The notes under the pieces were generated by a model, which was given only the letters and a program-made list of their open reading frames with translations, ran no database searches and was not told where the DNA came from. This document shows, in pieces, positions 35,818-37,158 of a DNA stretch of 37,158 bases (the stretch's first letter is position 1; every line of letters begins with the position of its first letter). Location of the stretch: NCBI GenBank assembly GCA_030838265.1, contig JAUTXA010000036.1, forward strand, positions 1 through 37,158, given 5' to 3'. The position numbers and the translations under genes are program-made. The DNA comes from Actinomycetota bacterium. GTDB taxonomy: Bacteria > Actinomycetota > Acidimicrobiia > Acidimicrobiales > BP-101.

Positions 35818-37158
35818 ATGGAGGCCGAAGGCCCTTCGGCGCCTCCCGTGGTGGCCGTGGTGGTGACCTGTGATGCGGGGCCCTGGCTCGAAGAGGCACT
35901 GGCTGCCCTTCGTGATCAGGACTACCCCGCCCTGTCCGTCCTGGTGATCGACGACGCCAGCGACACCGACGTGACCGCCCGGGTCGCGGCCATCCTCCCC
36001 ACCGCCTTCGTGCGTCGGGAGAACGAGCGCCGCGGCTACGCGCCGACCGCCAACGCTGTCCTCGGACTGGTCGAGGGGGCCGCCTTCTTCCTGCTGTGCC
36101 ACGACGATGTCGCCCCCGAGCCTGACTCGTTGCGGATCATGGTCGAAGAGGCCTTCCGGTCGAACGCCGGCATCGTCGGCCCGAAGCTCGTCGAGTGGGT
36201 CGAGCCCGATCGCATCCTCCAGGTCGGCATGAGCATCGACAAAGGCGGGAACCCGTCGTCACCCGTCGAACCGGGTGAGCTCGACCAGGAGCAGCATGAC
36301 GCCGTGCGCGACGTCTTCGCCGTCGGGGGTGGCTGTGTCCTCATCCGCACTGACCTGTTCGAGGCCCTCGGTGGGTTCAACCCCGCCCTGCAGCTCTACG
36401 GCGAGGACGTCGATCTCTGTTGGCGGGCCCAGGTGGCCGGCGCGCGCGTGGTGGTGGCGCCCGGTGCGCGCGTCCGCCACCTCGAAGCGCTCACCTCGGG
36501 GCTGCGCCGGACCGGTGCTGTCTCCCACGACCCGCTCTCGGTGCGCGATGAGCTGCGCCCCCTCCAGCTGCGCCACCGCCTCCGCGCTGTCCTGACCAAC
36601 TACAGCCGCTTCCATCTGGCGCGCGTCCTGCCCCAGCTCTTGCTCTTGAGCCTCATCGAGATCGCCTTCAGCCTGGTCACCGGACGGACGGCAACAGCCG
36701 CGGCGGTCGCCGGGGCGTGGACGTGGAACGTCCGTCACCTCGGTGAGATTCGCGCTTCCCGAAAGCGGCTGCGCGGTCAGCGTCGCGTCCCCGACAGCGA
36801 GGTGCGCCGACTCCAGGTGCGCGGCAGCGCCCGGGTGACGGCCTTCGCTCGAGGGTCGGCCGTCAGTGGACGGACCCGCTCCCTGGCCGAGGCGGGACGC
36901 GACCTCGCCACCTCGTTCCGCGACAACCGACTCTTGCTCGCCGGCTGGTCCGCCCTGATCCTGCTTCTCGTCGTCGGCACCCGGAACCTCATCGGCGGCC
37001 GCATCCCAGCCGTCGGCCAGCTCCAGTCCTTCCCGTCGGTCGGAAGCTTCTTGAGTCGCTTCTTCAGCGGGTGGCGCGACGGCGGGTTGGGCGGGGCCTC
37101 GCCCGCCCCCGCCGCCTATGCCTTGCTCGGCGGGGCCGGCACCCTGCTGTTGGGCGCC
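35818..37158 (+). CDS. GT2 glycosyltransferase with C-terminal membrane region (3' end outside the window). Not in the supplied ORF track
   Basis: Translated by hand from ATG 35818 and open to the window end. MEAEGPSAPPVVAVVVTCDAGPWLEEALAALRDQDYPALSVLVIDDASDTD…LLCHDDVAPEPD…GGGCVLIRTDLFEALGGFNPALQLYGEDVDLCWR…RHLEA. Hydrophobic segments follow (LPQLLLLSLIEIAFSLV, LLLAGWSALILLLVVG). Confidence 0.8.
   Translation, partial: MEAEGPSAPPVVAVVVTCDAGPWLEEALAALRDQDYPALSVLVIDDASDTDVTARVAAILPTAFVRRENERRGYAPTANAVLGLVEGAAFFLLCHDDVAPEPDSLRIMVEEAFRSNAGIVGPKLVEWVEPDRILQVGMSIDKGGNPSSPVEPGELDQEQHDAVRDVFAVGGGCVLIRTDLFEALGGFNPALQLYGEDVDLCWRAQVAGARVVVAPGARVRHLEALTSGLRRTGAVSHDPLSVRDELRPLQLRHRLRAVLTNYSRFHLARVLPQLLLLSLIEIAFSLVTGRTATAAAVAGAWTWNVRHLGEIRASRKRLRGQRRVPDSEVRRLQVRGSARVTAFARGSAVSGRTRSLAEAGRDLATSFRDNRLLLAGWSALILLLVVGTRNLIGGRIPAVGQLQSFPSVGSFLSRFFSGWRDGGLGGASPAPAAYALLGGAGTLLLGA

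Noticed and set aside
1-37158. Search for mobile elements, tRNA/rRNA genes, toxin-antitoxin pairs or known defence systems.
   Set aside because: No transposase, integrase or recombinase motifs, no terminal inverted repeats, no tRNA-like cloverleaf stretches and no nuclease, helicase or methylase defence signatures were seen. The only methyltransferase (18848-19714) is translationally coupled to wzt and looks like a small SAM-dependent glycan or small-molecule enzyme, not a DNA methylase.

Overview
The window is very GC-rich with strong third-position G/C bias, and many adjacent genes overlap by 4 nt (ATGA/GTGA). This is typical of Actinomycetota. The class cannot be fixed without a search, and Acidimicrobiia-like is only a guess. 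I found no rRNA, tRNA, CRISPR array, transposase or integrase. Nearly all of the window is one large cell-envelope glycopolymer locus. It contains: (1) an LCP ligase fragment at the left edge. (2) Nucleotide-sugar genes: rmlA/rmlB/rmlD, ugd plus a UDP-glucuronate decarboxylase, fcl, a Rmd-like reductase, a mannose-1-P guanylyltransferase and galE. (3) Eight cytoplasmic glycosyltransferases (five GT4, three GT2). (4) A Wzm/Wzt ABC exporter with an adjacent methyltransferase. (5) Two large polytopic GT-C/YfhO-like membrane proteins. (6) cofD/cofE for F420 biosynthesis. The most unusual content is four secreted proteins with different N-terminal heads: CAP/SCP, SpoIID/LytB, four carboxypeptidase-regulatory-like domains, and an Amidase_2-type amidase. 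All four end in the same ~42-residue tandem repeat (6, 12, ~6 and 6 copies), which I cannot assign to a named repeat family. I propose it is a six-bladed propeller-like wall-targeting module, possibly specific for the polymer made by this locus. Many long ORFs in the supplied track are antisense or out-of-frame GC artefacts, or artificial N-terminal extensions. Starts were re-picked by reading the sequence. One real gene at the right edge (35818 to the window end) is missing from the track because it has no stop. All functional calls come from motif recognition by eye, since no database search was possible.
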